Positions 62,666-64,000 of a DNA stretch of 64,000 bases are shown in pieces. A model generated the notes under the pieces. It had not been told where the DNA came from. It worked only from the letters and a program-made list of their open reading frames with translations, and searched no databases. Both the position numbers and the translations under genes were made by a program. Position 1 is the stretch's first letter. The number at the start of each line of letters is the position of its first letter. Origin of the DNA: Vicugna vicugna (taxonomy: Eukaryota); NCBI GenBank assembly GCA_013265495.1, contig MU058009.1:3243780-3307779 (forward strand), in the 5' to 3' direction.

Positions 62666-64000
62666 ACCTCTCATGGAAATGAGAAGGTGATACTGAAATG
62701 CAGTGAGGAAGAAATTCCCCGGGAGTTTAGTAAACTTAGGTTTATGCTGTAACTGCCCGTTAAATCTGAGGTTCGGGCCATCAGCTAGGCGATGGTGGGA
62801 AGAATCTGTCTCCGAAACCATGAAGGGGGTCTTTACCTCCCCTGGGAGTTTTCCTTATTTTGGGGTCCTCTCCCGTCTCCATTCAGATCCCTTAATTCAT
62901 GCAGCAGGTTAGTGTTACTCCCTCCCTGAAGGAGCATTTGCGTTCTGAGTGGAAAGGCGGGAGGAAGAGGCCCAAACAGCAAGCTAATGCTTGATGTAGC
63001 ATTTTGTGCGGATACTTTCCTACGCACGCCACAATTATTTACTGATTTAATCATCAGATACCCAATTAGGTACATACTGTTATGAATCCCTATTTTACAG
63101 ATAAGAAAACAGGTGTGGAGGGTTTAATGTAACGCACCTCCGTTTTGGCAGCCCTGGACAGAGCTTGCTCAACTAATACTTAGACAGTGACCTTTACGGA
63201 GACGTCAGGGCGCTAACGGGGGCTCTTCTGGGGTCCCTTTGCGGATCCTGTAGAGGAAGGAACACTGAATTCCAAGTCTGAAAACCCTCAACCTAGAATT
63301 CTTCCCTGCTACTTATATTGTCTCCTGGAGACTCTGTTTTCTCATGCAAATGCGGGTAACATCTCCTTTGTTTTCTTTGTTTGTTTGGGTGAGGACGGAG
63401 GAGACTGGGGAGCTTCCTGGTTAACGCTGGCTTGATCTGCACATGTCAAACCAGTAAGGTTTTCTTCTCCCTCCTTGAGCCCTGTCTGCTTCCCTTTCTC
63501 TCCTACCATCAACTTTCCCCACGGTCTCCATCAATCTAAGAGATTAATTTCTCCTCCAAAGAAGGTGATCTTTTAAGTTATTTCCTTAAAACTTGCTAAG
63601 ATCCTTGAACTGACAAGCAGTATTTTATAAAAGTGCTGAGCGCTCACACCGATGTCCAGATTTATGCCGAATTCGGGTCTCCGGGCCTCAGAGCAGGCAT
63701 GGACCCACTCCCCTTGCACCTCTCCGGGCCCACACGCACCTGGGTATGCAGCACAGTCATTGAAACTGCTGGGCACTCGGAGATGGACAGGACGGGCCAT
63801 ATGGCGAGTGACTCCTGCAGCAAGTAGCAAAACTGCAAGTCACCACGTCCTCAGCTGCTCTGAGCTGGCTGCAGGGAGCAAGGTCACGGCGGCATGTCCC
63901 CATCTGCCGTTGTCCTTGTCTCTCTGACTCCCCTTCTGCTGCGTCCAAACCCGCATGTCTCTCACCCCGGTGTCTCTCTCTCAGAGCCTCATGGCCCCTG

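Noticed and set aside
61927..62821. 210-aa and 159-aa minus-strand ORFs
   Set aside because: They overlap LTR-derived, GC-rich sequence, and I recognise no protein motifs.

Overview
Mammalian genomic DNA, most likely camelid, inferred from five tRNA-headed SINEs resembling the camelid Vic-1 family. The only protein-coding sequence I can support is the large first coding exon of SNX19 (sorting nexin 19; minus strand, 3422->1719). It has a CpG-island promoter and a GC-rich 5'UTR containing a uORF and a 52-bp tandem duplication. The remaining ~60 kb upstream is intergenic and repeat-rich: L1, L2, MIR, MaLR/MLT1, MLT2, MER21- and MER34-like LTRs, hAT and Tigger MITEs, a decayed ERV-L provirus and tandem repeats. 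The more notable items are a U6/L1 chimeric retrocopy (43.5 kb), a nested L1>L1>ERV-L>SINE stack (9.3-16.3 kb), a probable 5'-inverted L1 (48.1-48.7 kb), an orphan CpG island (19.2-19.8 kb) and a HOX/MEIS/POU motif cluster (44.3-44.8 kb). I found no convincing new biological system. Repeat family names come from recalled consensus sequences, not a database search, and the boundaries of old repeats are approximate.
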